A stretch of 64,000 nucleotides of DNA from the NCBI RefSeq assembly GCF_964355755.1, contig NC_092671.1:32684304-32748303 (forward strand), read 5' to 3'. Of this stretch, positions 1 through 12,751 are shown one piece after another. Under the pieces are notes generated by a model that worked only from the letters and a program-made list of their open reading frames with translations, had not been told where the DNA came from and did no database searches. The translations under genes and the position numbers were made by a program. Source of the stretch: Antedon mediterranea (lineage: Eukaryota > Animalia > Echinodermata). Numbering within the stretch: position 1 is the first letter of the stretch; every line of letters begins with the position of its first letter.

Positions 1-1951
1 AGTCAATTAAACATTTTAATAGGTCTTTTCATTGTATTGTTATAAAGGTTATATTCAAGTACTCAAGTTACTTCTCATTAACTTAACAATATTGATTTTA
101 CACTCAATATTGAAGTTGTAATGGTCTGTTATTTTTATAGCGGCTATCTACAATCAAAATTAGCAAAAGGCAATTTAATCAAATAGGAATTATACTGCTT
201 TACAGTACACTATAAATTATGAATGGTAAAATAAATCAACAATTTAAGGTACTGTAAGGAAAAATAAAAATTAAATTAAATGTTAAAAGGATTCTATATT
301 CTTGTGAAAAAAAAAGAGTATTAAGTAAAGTGTAGTACTACTGTACTACAACAGAAATTGATGAAAATAGTCATATTGAAAAGTTTCGGCCGATTTTATC
401 CAGTTTGTGTTTGAAGGTTACACCATGGCTGCTCACACTGTAGCATTCGGCAAGTACCATTCGAAAAGAGGGTAATCATATTGACAAACCCTTGGAAATA
501 AATACAGTAGATCCACAGACTTTTTTTTATATAAACAAAACATATATAATAATATAACTTCATTTTATGAATAAATACATATATCTTTTGTTTGTAGCTA
601 AACTAAGAATATCTGCTATAATATTTTGACACAAAGTTGTTTTCCAACCATTGTACAAACACATCTTCCAATTAAAAAATCCAAAATCTGTAAAACAAAA
701 AAATAAACAGTAAAGTTTTTTGTTTTGAAATTGTTATGAAATTAAAGTTAGGCCTATCTATTTTATAAACACTTTAACTTCAAAATTGACAACTGATGAA
801 CCAACCACTTCACCAAAATGTGAATGGTACATTCCCAATCTATCGCTAAACCGCTACAGAAACGGTAGGCCTAGGCAATATACCACTTTTTAAAACTGCT
901 CTCACTAAATAATTATTAAGTTTTACAAATTATAAATAATATCAAACTAGTACCTTTATAATAGTAAAATCAATACTTTAACTAGCTTTTTAAGTTATAA
1001 AACAGCAATTTTACGTGATATTATAAAGCTACTTCGTACATTTCTATGTGGACTCAGCTATAGATTTTGGGTAACGCTATCTTCCCAGTGCTTAAGGAAA
1101 ACTTGCTGTGATTGGCTTCTTTCATACAAAAGTTCGATGAGGATACTTGACCAATGAAAATAAGTTTAAGATCATTGTTTGGCAAACATTACAAGCTTGC
1201 TAAAAGTTTTTGGACAAAGAAAATTGCTCTAGAAACAGCGGAGTTGTGATGCAAAATGTTGAAGCTTGATCAGTCAAAATCGGGATTTTCGCGTAATTTA
1301 CGCTGCAAATATAGGGCCTAACTAAATTGGTTACATAAAACCTTAAAGTCCGACACTAATATTTATAACATTTACTTTTAATTGCAATATAAAATAAGGT
1401 TTTGTTTTGATCTTATTAAATCTTTTTGGACAAAAAAAATCGACCTACTAGTTCAAAAGTTATGATACAAAAACTGCCAAAATTTGTAGTTTTCCAACAT
1501 ATCGAGCTTCCGCTACGGAAACGTGTGCCATAAAACTTTTCAATATGTTGTAGTAGGCCTGATAATGAAAAAAGTATATATAATTCAATTCTCTCAACAT
1601 TTATTTTGACTGATAAATAAAATACAAGGTCAATTTGTTCATGAAAATGTTTCAAGTAGATCAAGTACAAGAAAAATAAAAATATATTAGAAAAACCCAC
1701 AAGGTATTACGTAACATACAATAAGACAAGACAAGTACATTAAAATAACAGAGAAAATGTGCCGTATACAAAGAAATATAATGTTTCTTAATGTTCTTAC
1801 GAAAAACAGGGATAGATACTATTTTTTATGTGGTCATCAATGTAGTGTTCCATAGAAAATGAACATTTAAAAATGAAAATAGTACAGTACAAGATACTGA
1901 GTACAGTAGGTGCACAATAGCAGGAACAAAATTGCATATTTTTTATTTATA

Positions 1952-2430
1952 CTAGGTCGTGTCCACAGATGGTTCTCGAATACACAGTAATTTCAGCGTA
2001 AAAAAACTGGCGATTTCAAATGTACGTACCGCAGGACTATAAGTACTTTGTCATTTTCAGAAACGAATAAATAGACACGATGATTAATGTAGTCAACTAA
2101 AATTAGCACCCTGGGAATTAGGCCTACTTCCGAAGGAGAAACTTGTCTTAAAAATTAGTCCAAATTCTTTATTTGAACTCAATTTGTGTTTTGTACAGTA
2201 TATAACATTAGAGTTGAGGGATGGGGAAGAGGATTGGAAGAATAATTTTTAAATATATTCTTTATCCACTCAGTAAGGAAATATTGTTTTAAATGTTTTA
2301 TAGGCCTATCAATAGTATATCACTAAACACAGTAAAACATTTACGATTTAATACTTTTTAAAAACTGTCCCTGTTTTAGTCGATTGAAATAGTAAAGTAC
2401 ATGTAACGATACACCACTACGACGTTTATA
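1952..2430 (-). mobile_element. Helitron-type non-autonomous element, 3' part (family of 57270-58646)
   Basis: Aligns with 57304-57780. Ends in CTAG|T on the minus strand, but the terminal hairpin seen in the 57-kb copy is deleted between two CTAGs. Confidence 0.75.
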
Positions 2431-2659
2431 TTTGTTATAATTATTAATTAATACAAACGTTGAGAGCAACTGTAAGTAATTAAGTTTTTATTTGTATATT
2501 ATGTGTTTGTCCAGCAGTAGAGCCTACCCACAGTCACATTAATAAATGTTCTGTGTATATGTGTTTATATAAACAGTAACCACATTCACAGTAAGAAAAT
2601 TTCGATTCAAATGGTGACCAAAAATGGTTAATACATACAGTATTTACAATATTGCCAAA

Positions 2660-3330
2660 GTATTGCATAACGCATTTTAACCGGTTATTTTAAAATAGAT
2701 TAAAAATAGATAACAATAACAAGACCACGTTTCTGCTCAATTTGTGCTCCGAAATAACCGGTTAAATCTGTGGGTGGTCGTCGAGCAAAACGTCATCATT
2801 ACCCAAAATGCAATACTCAGACGGAAGTAGTAAGTTGGCTGTTTGTTACATCGACGTCAGTACGCACGAGTGTGATATCGCCGAACATCTCAAACATGTT
2901 AAAATAATAAAATGTTCTCTCAGGTCTACAATTTTTGTTTTTGTAAAGCCTACTTACCATCGCTAATTTACATTAATTCTCATGGCGCCTTCAATAACAT
3001 GGGGAGGGTCGTGCAGCGCCCGATCGCCTAGGATAATTATTATCTTGCCTAATTCCCTTCCCACCTGAACGACTGTTGTCTTTCACGAGCGCGGTCCTAC
3101 TAAACACCAAACGGAAACAAAAACGAGACTCAGAATGTTGCAATACCTACGAAACAAGAATAGATAATCGTTAATTAATTATGAAACTCAACTTTGATAG
3201 CAAAAATCGTCCGAATTTATGTTAAAAACGATGAGTTTTAGCTACAAAAACTGAAATCAAACGAGAAATCCAAGTCATAGAATATCGCACGTACATAGTG
3301 CCTTTTAATAGAAAAATGAGTATTGTACAT
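2660..3330. mobile_element. Diverged inverted arm of a Harbinger-like MITE (pairs with 8500-9287)
   Basis: About 3090-3310 is the diverged reverse complement of about 8540-8750. Both ends share TAACCGGTTA subterminal motifs. Confidence 0.55.
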
Positions 3331-3650
3331 TATTTCGTATATTTATGTACTAAAATAAATAATAACACATTTCTATGCTTAATAAAATTATATTTAATAT
3401 ATTATCAAAGGTACAGTACAGATAATAAATACTGCAACATTTGGACGCGTAGACTACGTTTCGTACGCGTGGCAACTTCGTAGGTTTCGCGTGGCGTAAT
3501 CTACGCAAGCTAACATGCTACGCGTAGTCTACGCGTAGCCTACGAAGCGAGAGCTAGGAGGGGAAATTCCAATGTTCAGATTATTATGTACTGTGCTGCT
3601 GCACCACACACGGAATTAGTTAACGAATTTGAATACTATAGTATTCAAAT

Positions 3651-5877
3651 TCGTCGTGAGGTGGTTTCCCGAATGATCGTAAAATCAAAAACGGTACTGT
3701 GTATGACCAACTAGCGTTATTGTCACCGGCTAGTCATCCATTCATAGAAGTACTGCTGTAGTAGCCTACCTGTACGGAGACCATAGAATGTGACCCGAGG
3801 CATGACTAACTACGACTTTAGATGATAGAAAGTTGAGAAAAAATGTTACGAGTAGTTGTACGACATGAAGATGTTTATGAAATTATGTCAATAATGTTTA
3901 CACACTAGGCCTAGGTAGGCATACAAATAGTAATGTTTGTTAGTAAAAATAATTTTGAGTTAATAAGAATAAGATATAAGGAAGAAAAGCAAAGAGACTA
4001 TGGAGCGGCTATTCCTGAATATACAATACTAAAGTATCGTAGATTTAAATTATAAATTTTAGGCGATCTTGTCAAAGGTCAAGCGCCATATAGCCTGCCA
4101 CGTTTCGATATTCAATATTGAACTTGACCTGACGTGGTTCCATGGTATCTTTATATGAAAATGGTAGAGTGGATAGAAAATAATTAATTAAAAATTTACC
4201 TTAAAATGGTTTTGAACTGAACCGGTGGATGTCTTGTTGTTGTATGGTTTTAGTTTAAAATACTCTATGTTCGATATTAGTGCGTGTGCGTAATAGAATG
4301 AAATGCGTGCGTACGATGTGCGCGATGCAGAGTTGTACAATAGTGTATGTTTATAAGTGTATCGTATATAGTAGTAGAAGATCGAAAATATAACATAGGT
4401 ATATAATATGGTAGAATATGAAAAAGTAGTATAGAATGTAGAAAAAGGAAATGTTTGTTAATTAAAAGAATAGATTTTGAATGTGAGGAATGACTTATGA
4501 CGGTTAGATCCCACTAGAGATCTATGTCGGCTCCTAGGCCTGTATAATCGTCGTGAGGTGGTTTCCCGAATGATCGTAAAATCAAAAACGGTACTGTGTA
4601 TGACCAACTAGCGTTATTGTCACCGGCTAGTCATCCATTCATAGAAGTACTGCTGTAGTAGCCTACCTGTACGGAGACCATAGAATGTGACCCGAGGCAT
4701 GACTAACTACGACTTTAGATGATAGAAAGTTGAGAAAAAATGTTACGAGTAGTTGTACGACATGAAGATGTTTATGAAATTATGTCAATAATGTTTACAC
4801 ACTAGGCCTAGGTAGGCATACAAATAGTAATGTTTGTTAGTAAAAATAATTTTGAGTTAATAAGAATAAGATATAAGGAAGAAAAGCAAAGAGACTATGG
4901 AGCGGCTATTCCTGAATATACAATACTAAAGTATCGTAGATTTAAATTATAAATTTTAGGCGATCTTGTCAAAGGTCAAGCGCCATATAGCCTGCCACGT
5001 TTCGATATTCAATATTGAACTTGACCTGACGTGGTTCCATGGTATCTTTATATGAAAATGGTAGAGTGGATAGAAAATAATTAATTAAAAATTTACCTTA
5101 AAATGGTTTTGAACTGAACCGGTGGATGTCTTGTTGTTGTATGGTTTTAGTTTAAAATACTCTATGTTCGATATTAGTGCGTGTGCGTAATAGAATGAAA
5201 TGCGTGCGTACGATGTGCGCGATGCAGAGTTGTACAATAGTGTATGTTTATAAGTGTATCGTATATAGTAGTAGAAGATCGAAAATATAACATAGGTATA
5301 TAATATGGTAGAATATGAAAAAGTAGTATAGAATGTAGAAAAAGGAAATGTTTGTTAATTAAAAGAATAGATTTTGAATGTGAGGAATGACTTATGACGG
5401 TTAGATCCCACTAGAGATCTATGTCGGCTCCTAGGCCTGTATAATCGTCGTGAGGTGGTTTCCCGAATGATCGTAAAATCAAAAACGGTACTGTGTATGA
5501 CCAACTAGCGTTATTGTCACCGGCTAGTCATCCATTCATAGAAGTACTGCTGTAGTAGCCTACCTGTACGGAGACCATAGAATGTGACCCGAGGCATGAC
5601 TAACTACGACTTTAGATGATAGAAAGTTGAGAAAAAATGTTACGAGTAGTTGTACGACATGAAGATGTTTATGAAATTATGTCAATAATGTTTACACACT
5701 AGGCCTAGGTAGGCATACAAATAGTAATGTTTGTTAGTAAAAATAATTTTGAGTTAATAAGAATAAGATATAAGGAAGAAAAGCAAAGAGACTATGGAGC
5801 GGCTATTCCTGAATATACAATACTAAAGTATCGTAGATTTAAATTATAAATTTTAGGCGATCTTGTCAAAGGTCAAG
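3651..5877. repeat. 897-bp tandem repeat, about 2.5 near-identical copies
   Basis: Units start TCGTCGTGAGGTGGTTTCCCGAATG at 3651, 4548 and 5445. The 897 offset is constant at all checked landmarks. The third copy is truncated at 5877. Confidence 0.95.
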
Positions 5878-6229
5878 GAGACGGACGATTCCCGGCGGGA
5901 TCCTGAATTTACGATATTCTCCCGATCCCGATCCCGGCGGGATGGTCGAATCCCACCGGGATCCCGAATTTGCAATACTTTGTCAAATCCGATCCCGATG
6001 AGACGGACGATTCCCGGCGGGATCCCGAATTTACGATATTCTCCCGATCCCGATCCCGGCGGGATGGTCGAATCCCACCGGGATCCCGAATTTGCAATAC
6101 TTTCCCGATCCCGATCCCAGTGGGATGACCAAATCCCGGCGGGATTCGGCCATCCCACCGGGATCCCGTGAGATCCCGGCGGGATCCCGGCGGGATCCCG
6201 GCGGGATCCCGAACAATTTTTTTATGGGG
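5878..6229. repeat. GC-rich GATCCCG/CGGGAT subterminal repeat array ending in a probable EnSpm/CACTA-like terminus (…TTTTTTATGGGG|TA)
   Basis: About 122-bp higher-order period built from GATCCCG motifs. The ORFs here are repeat artefacts. Only one end was found. Confidence 0.6.
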
Positions 6230-8499
6230 TAGTTTTCATCAAATTTAAAATGCGAGTTAATTACTGTGAAGTAATAATAAATGTATTAATATTATTATTA
6301 ATTACTGTGTGTTGGTTGTGTTAAAATGGGACATTTATTTTTATGAAAGAAGAACAAGTGTACATCTATCACCGATCGGCCAACGTACGGCGGTCGTCGT
6401 ATGTTTGTGTGAAATGGCCTCCGGCTAGGCCTAGCTAGCTAGCTAAAAAGGTAGGGTTACCGGCGTACCTACCGACAGTTTAATTTTAAAATATGTGGTA
6501 CGCCTATAGTACTTATAGTAGTAGTAGTACTGTATGATAATCCATACTGTGTACAAGCGTTAAATACGATGTACATGGCGTGAAAATGTGAAATAATGTG
6601 GTATAGCCTAGGTGATCTGACAGAAGGATATTTCCTCGATACGACAGTTTTCGCCGTGAAGCTGCTGTTTACCCACATGTGTGTATCGCGCAGTACAACT
6701 CTACTGTCTGAACTATGTTTGTTTACTAGGCTATAATGAACGATGTTTCGTTTTAAAAATGCGTTTAAATGACACGCTTATAGTACTATGGGATAATATG
6801 AATTGTTTAAATACTGTAAATGTCAAAATAATAGAATACAAATACGATATTATTTGCGTATTATTTTTGTTCCAACGGAAATCGAGACGGATCACTCCAT
6901 TCGTAATTCATTCGCCCAGTGTGTTTATATCCACGTGTTTATGATCCGCGGATGGATACTCTCTCTGAACTGTACTTTTATGTTTTGATTTTAACCTTCA
7001 AGTTAGTGAAGTTCAACTTTTATTAAATAAAGTCTTGCATATTTCCTAACCCTAAATGTTAATTATAATTTATTTTTATTTATAACTAAAATAACATTTA
7101 TTTAAATACTATCTAATTTATTATCGCGCATGACTAAAAAAAACAAAACAACAAGATCAGGAGGCAAGCACATGTTATGTGTCCTCCGATCCTCCTCCTC
7201 TCTGCTGATGATGACGATGGTCTAAACGACCTGTAACTTGACCCTCCACCGATCCTCTGCTGCAGGTTGTTACAATACAATAGCTAATAATGGAGTTTGA
7301 TGTACAGTTACGACAGTTTCAAACCTGGATATTTTTTTGTTTAAATGAAACATACTGAGTACTGTATTAATTACTTATAAAAAATTAACTTGCAATTTTA
7401 GGCCTACTACTAATACTATTACTATGGAAGGTAGTCATAATAACGGCCCGTCATCAATTCATTTTGTACACTAGCCTGGCCGGCGATGCCGATGGTGAAT
7501 GTACAGCAGTCAGCAGTAGGCCTAGTTAATTAGACTTTTCGCGTCTAGCCTAGGCTTTGAGCAATTTTGCTATTTTCTTTAGAAAAATTTGAATTTCAAG
7601 CATGTTTAATAATGATGATGATGATATTATTGTATTGGCGAAACAATCGTATCATTTCTATTTATTCGAACTTTTCGTAGCCTGCTTAGCCTAAGCCGTC
7701 GACGATGTACTTGTACACAGTTGAGTTTGGGGAATTCCCACACACAGTTGATCACAACGTAGGCTACGAATGTTACGCGTAGCCTACGCACTACGAATGC
7801 TACGCCACGCAACCGCCACGCACCCGCCACGCGTAGACTACGTTACCTACGCGTGGCAAATGTTGCAGTAGTTTTTATCTGTACTGTAGTCTGGGCTCCA
7901 GACGGAGTTTTTTCTTATTATTAGTAAAAATATAAATATTTTTGCACATATGGCGTTTCATACGTGTATTACTTGAGTTTGGATACTCCGTCTGGGGAAA
8001 CACGCAAAAGTCACGTGGTTTGACACCAAGAATTCTTGGTGCATAGATTATCCGGTTGACTAGTTTCAGCTGCATGCGATTGGCTACTCACTCGTACACT
8101 GTTTTAATATTCATATTTCAGAATTTCAAAGACTCAACAACTAAGATGGTAGGCTAAGGACTAAACAATTAATAAACAAAACAACTTGGCAACACGATTT
8201 CAACACTGAACGTAGGCCTACTCGATCTTTTTCATTTTGAAACAAAATGATCATTGGTTGATTTGAAATCCATTACATACCGCCCGCCCCATATAGCCAA
8301 ATACGGTATGATAACCTACGTCATTCTTATCGGATGTTTGCGGTCTGCAAATCGATTTCTATACGTGTTTCACAAGTCTTGTGTTTTCAGACAAAAATCG
8401 CGGTCGAAATAAAAACAAATAAATAAAAAAAAAAACAATACAGACTTGGGGCAAGTCTATATCAAAGGCTCTGATAACCTTTTTCTAAAAAATTATATT

Positions 8500-9287
8500 A
8501 CAGTATGTAAAACGATCAAAGTAAGATTGTTCATTGTTCTCCTATTAAAGGCACTAAGAGCGTGCCATAAATACGCTCGTTTTGTTTCAGTTTTTGTTGC
8601 TAAATTCATCGTTTTTAACATAAATTTCGGAAGATTTTTGCTATAAAATGTGGGTTTTCATAATTAATTAACCATTATCTATTCTCGTTTGGTAGGTATT
8701 TGCAACATTCCGAGTCCATTTTATTTCCGTTTGCTGTTTATAGGACCATAGGCCTACCCTTCGCGGCCTCAAATTGTTTAGCTTGGGTAGCTCGGAACTC
8801 CATCCCGAATTCCTTTTTTACTTTCACTAAAATGCTCTTATATATCTGTGAATCTTTTCTATTGCCTGCCATCCTTCCCCGCACTTTCCCTTCCCCGCAC
8901 TTTCTCTTCCCCCCACAACTGAATAACATATCTTGTGATTTCATTCATCCACATACATGTTCACTTCTTCGTTCGACTGTCAAAACCACGAGAAAAACAC
9001 ATATGGTACGCAACGGTATCTGACCCGGGGTCACAATTACTGTCAATCAAATAACCGTTATTTCGTGTTGCAGCTAAGAATTGCTCAGCGATAACCGGTT
9101 AAACGGCGTTCTAACACCGATTTAAATTGGTGTTTTTAACCGGTGATTTTGCGCTGCGTTTTAACCGGTTACCACAAATTTGTCCTGTTTCTGCTGCCAA
9201 GAAAATGGAGTTATTTTATTCACACCGATTTTAATTTATTCACACCGATTTTAACCGGGTTATTTTTATGCAGCAGAAACAGACCCT
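8500..9287. mobile_element. Harbinger-like MITE arm with right terminus CAGCAGAAACAGACCC
   Basis: The terminus reverse complement GGGTCTGTTTCT resembles the TIR of 55599-56369. Inverted homology to 2660-3330. Confidence 0.55.
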
Positions 9288-9383
9288 ATATCTCAGTTTT
9301 AAATTTATTCTCCAAGGGCCCATAAATTTACCTACTTGTGTTAAACCAAGGCTCATAAATTTACACACAAACTGGGAGTCTGA

Positions 9384-9844
9384 GAGATTGGAATGTTCCA
9401 TTCATCGCAAATCAATACATTTGTATAAACGTATATTAAATCTATCAAAATAGTATTTTTTTAAAGAAAATCAGCCTGTCTTCAACATTATGATACTGTA
9501 CTCGAGCTGTTCAACCGGTTTTGAGCTATTAAAAACAATCATCGTAGATAGATAGGAAAATGCGAAGCATCCTCGTATTATTGTGTGCAGGTATTTTTCA
9601 AGAGGACATCCATTAGACAGTGTATACCATGATCGGAAAACACCCCTATTTGGGGCAAATCGTTGAACCTAAATTCGTTTTAATTGTCAATAACGAATTA
9701 TCTAACTTAATTTAATTAGGTTACAGGGTTAGGGGGTTAAAATCAGTACCAAGATTCTAACCAACTTTATATACCATCAAGTAAACATTCTAGAAATAAC
9801 GCGCCATTTACCAAATTTTGCCCTTACGTAAATTTATATACAGA
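9384..9844 (-). mobile_element. Helitron-type element, 5' part (family of 57270-58646)
   Basis: Aligns with about 58178-58646. The minus-strand start reads A|TCTGTATATAAATTTACG. Confidence 0.78.
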
Positions 9845-9992
9845 TATAGAAACTGCTCTATATCAGGCCTATATATTACATCTTCTTTTGTATATTTAAT
9901 AGTAGAATGTTTGTATCAGAAGTTTTTTTAAATAGAATAATAGGCCTACCTTTATATGAGATATTTTTAATAGTAATTTGTAACAATCAGAA

Positions 9993-10085
9993 TTATATAT
10001 TAATGCTACTAAATTGATCTTGTAATTTTATATATTGCCTCCGAAACCACTGAATGGTATGCTCACATTTGGCATACTCATGTTT
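9993..10085 (+). mobile_element. Short 5' fragment of the Helitron family at 12752-13475
   Basis: tatatattaatgctact...cctccgaaaccactgaatggtatgctcacatttggc matches the reverse complement of 13405-13475. Confidence 0.55.
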
Positions 10086-10668
10086 CACACGGTAGGCTAT
10101 ATAACTTTACTAAATTAAAAAATGTCATAATGTTTTTTAACTGTATGTTAATAATGAATACAGTTTATTTATTTTACCCCACATTAAAGTGTTAATAATA
10201 GCCTTCTGAGAAATCCCCAACATGAAAATAATCAATGGAAAAAAATAGCTGTATTCCTTAATTAATATTAATTCCCAACAGTTTCTAGGAACACAGTGTT
10301 AAAATTATCCTTAGAAAAGGCAAATTAATTATAAATAAGACAAGAAATATGAGCCTAGTTATTACATCATTAATTACCCACAAGTTCATGCCATTGCCCT
10401 AAATGATGATAAATAATATAGCAGTACTCTACAATGAATTCTGTATTCTGTAATCAATAACAATTATTTTCAGCTGCACCTTTCCAATTGTGTATAGATA
10501 TATAATATAAAAGCAGTAAATAAGTATAAACTCATACAGATTTTTTAAGGCAGAGACTTTATGGTGCTCTTTTGGTTAAATTACTCTAGTCTGGTACATA
10601 AGAGGCTTTCTTAATTATTGGTCTCTACATTTCTAAAGGTCTCTCATAACTATTGTATTCATGATGGA

Positions 10669-11945
10669 TGCACAGAGGTTGGAGGAAAGGGTGCACAGAG
10701 GTTGGAGGAAAGGGTGTACAGAGGTTGGAGGAAGGGTGCACAGAGGTTGGAGGTATGGTGCACAGAGGGAGGAGGAATGGTGAACAGAGGTTGGAGGAAG
10801 GGTGAACAGAGGTTGGAGGAAGGGTGCACAGAGGTTGGAGGAAGAGTGCACAGAGGGAGGAGGAATGGTGAACAGAGGTTGGAGGAAGGGTGCACAGAGG
10901 TTGGAGAAAGGGTGCACAGAGGGAGGAGAAAGGGTGCACAGAGGTTGGAGGAATGGTGAACAGAGGTTGGAGGAAGGGTGCACAGATGGAGGAGGAAGGG
11001 TGCAGAAAGGTTGGAGGAATGGTGCACAGAGGTTGGAGGACGGGTGCACAGAGGTTAGAGAGAGGGTACACAGAGGGAGGAGGAATGGTGAACAGAGGTT
11101 GGAGGAAGGATGCACAGAGGTTGGAGGAAGGGTGAACAGAGGTTAGAGGAAGGGTGCACAGAGGGAGGAGGTAGGGTGCACAGAGGTTGGAGGAATGGTG
11201 CACAGAGGTTGGAGGATGGGTGCACAGAGGTTAGAGAGAGGGTACACAGAGGGAGGAGGAATGGTGAACAGAGGTTGGAGTAATGGTGAACAGAAGTTAG
11301 AGGAATGGTGCACAGAGGTTAGAGGAAGGGTGCACAGAGGTTAGAGGAAGGGTGCACAGAGGGAGGAGGAAGGGTGCACAGAGGTTGGAGGAATGGTGCA
11401 CAGAGGTTGGAGGACGGGTGCACAGAGGTTAGAGAGAGGGTACACAGAGGGAGGAGGACTGGTGCACAGAGGTTGAAGGAAGGATTCACAGAGAGAGGAG
11501 GAATGGTAAACAGAGGTTGGAGGACGTGTGCATAGAGGTTGGAGGAAGGGTGCACAGAGGGAGGAGGACTGGTGAACAGAGGTTGCAGAAAGGGTGCACA
11601 GAGGGAGGAGGAATGGTAAACAGAAGTTGGAGGACAGGTGCACAGAGGTTGGAGGAAGGGTGCACAGAGGTTGGAGGAAGGGTGCACAGAGTTTGGAGGA
11701 AGGGTGCACAGGTGTTGGAGGACGGGTGCACAGAGGTTGGAGGAAGGGTGCATAGAGGTTGGAGGAAAGGGTGCACAGAGGTTGGAGGAAGGGTGCACAG
11801 AGGGAGGAAGAAAGGGTGCACATAGGTTGGAGGAAGGGTGCACAGAGGGAGGAGGAATAGTAAACAGAGGTTGGAAGAAGGGTGCAAAGAGGTTGGAGCA
11901 AGGATACACAGAGGTTGGAGGAAGGGTGCACAGAGGTTGGAGGAA
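10669..11945. repeat. 22-bp purine-rich minisatellite (GGGTGCACAGAGGTTGGAGGAA)n
   Basis: Directly visible tandem array. It explains the LQPLCTLPPTSVHPSSNLCAPF-type ORFs. Confidence 0.95.
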
Positions 11946-12214
11946 GAGTGCATATACATTGGAATAATGACATCTTTTTCCTTTTAAAGATAAATATTTT
12001 TTTTACTTTAAGGGTTTCTTAGAGTAAAGGTGTGAATGATAGACTGATCTATACAAAATAATATATTCCTGTAGCCATATTTACTGTACCAGTATTTACT
12101 TTAAGAGAAATTGTCTTTCTGAATAGCCACAGTAAATGGTGAATAGCCACTGATCTCTATATTTGATTTATTAAGCCATTTTTTCTCTATAATCAAACAC
12201 TTTTCTCTACTTAC

Positions 12215-12305
12215 CATATAAAATAGGAAAGTTGCGAGTTTTACCTCATACTCTTCAATTGTGGCCAGAACACTAAATACAAGACAAAGTAGCACCAAAC
12301 CAAAT
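12215..12305 (-). CDS. KCNQ1: KCNQ1-like channel, second coding exon (S1, S1-S2 loop, start of S2)
   Basis: 91-bp exon with acceptor ttctttatag|A and donor ATG|GTAAGT. It encodes (V)FGLVLLCLVFSVLATIEEYEVKLATFLFYM, similar to KCNQ1 FLIVLVCLIFSVLSTIEQY...LFWM. It joins the upstream exon in frame (GT+A = Val). Confidence 0.92.
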
Positions 12306-12751
12306 CTATAAAGAATACACAATTCATTAAATTAATAAATTGAATAGAGTGAGCTCAAAATATCAGAAAAAATTAGAATTAAATTCTGAAAAAAGATAAA
12401 TATCTATGTATTTCTTGCACAAAACGCTGATCTGACGATAATTACTGCATCTCAATATTTATCAACAAATGTTTTCATCTCTTTGGGGTGTGCGCATGCT
12501 CAGTTCAAGTTTCCAAATACCGATTTTTTCAGCTGTAGTGAATATAAGCTACCGCATGGTAACTGTTTCCTAATGCTTTTTTACAGTTTGAAGACAAGCC
12601 TGAGGCTTCTTGAGGTCAGAACCATGTAGCCATACTAGGCTATTATTAGAGTGGCTAATATTATGGTGACCTCCCCCTTAAATAATCAATTTACTACACG
12701 ATAATCTAATCTATACACAAAATCATTTTTTCCAAACTATTTACACTAATA

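Larger units (their letters stand above)
3432..7868. mobile_element. Non-autonomous DNA transposon with TA TSD and ACGCGTAG/CTACG subterminal repeats
   Basis: TA|CTGCAACATTTG ... CAAATGTTGCAG|TA. Mirrored (c/t)acgcgtag(a/c)ctacg repeats at 3445-3545 and 7757-7857. Confidence 0.75.

Noticed and set aside
3650-3820. U8 snoRNA (start ATCGTC..GGTGG looks similar)
   Set aside because: Similarity is limited to a few 5' bases, and there are no convincing C/D boxes.
5853-6216. RS/RD-rich ORFs
   Set aside because: GC-rich GATCCCG subterminal repeats, open on both strands.
10618-11973. Multiple 100-210 aa ORFs on both strands
   Set aside because: They are translations of a 22-bp minisatellite and are open in many frames.
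1-12200. Third KCNQ1-like exon (expected EYxxRxWSAGC motif)
   Set aside because: I could not find it by eye on the minus strand. It probably lies outside the window.
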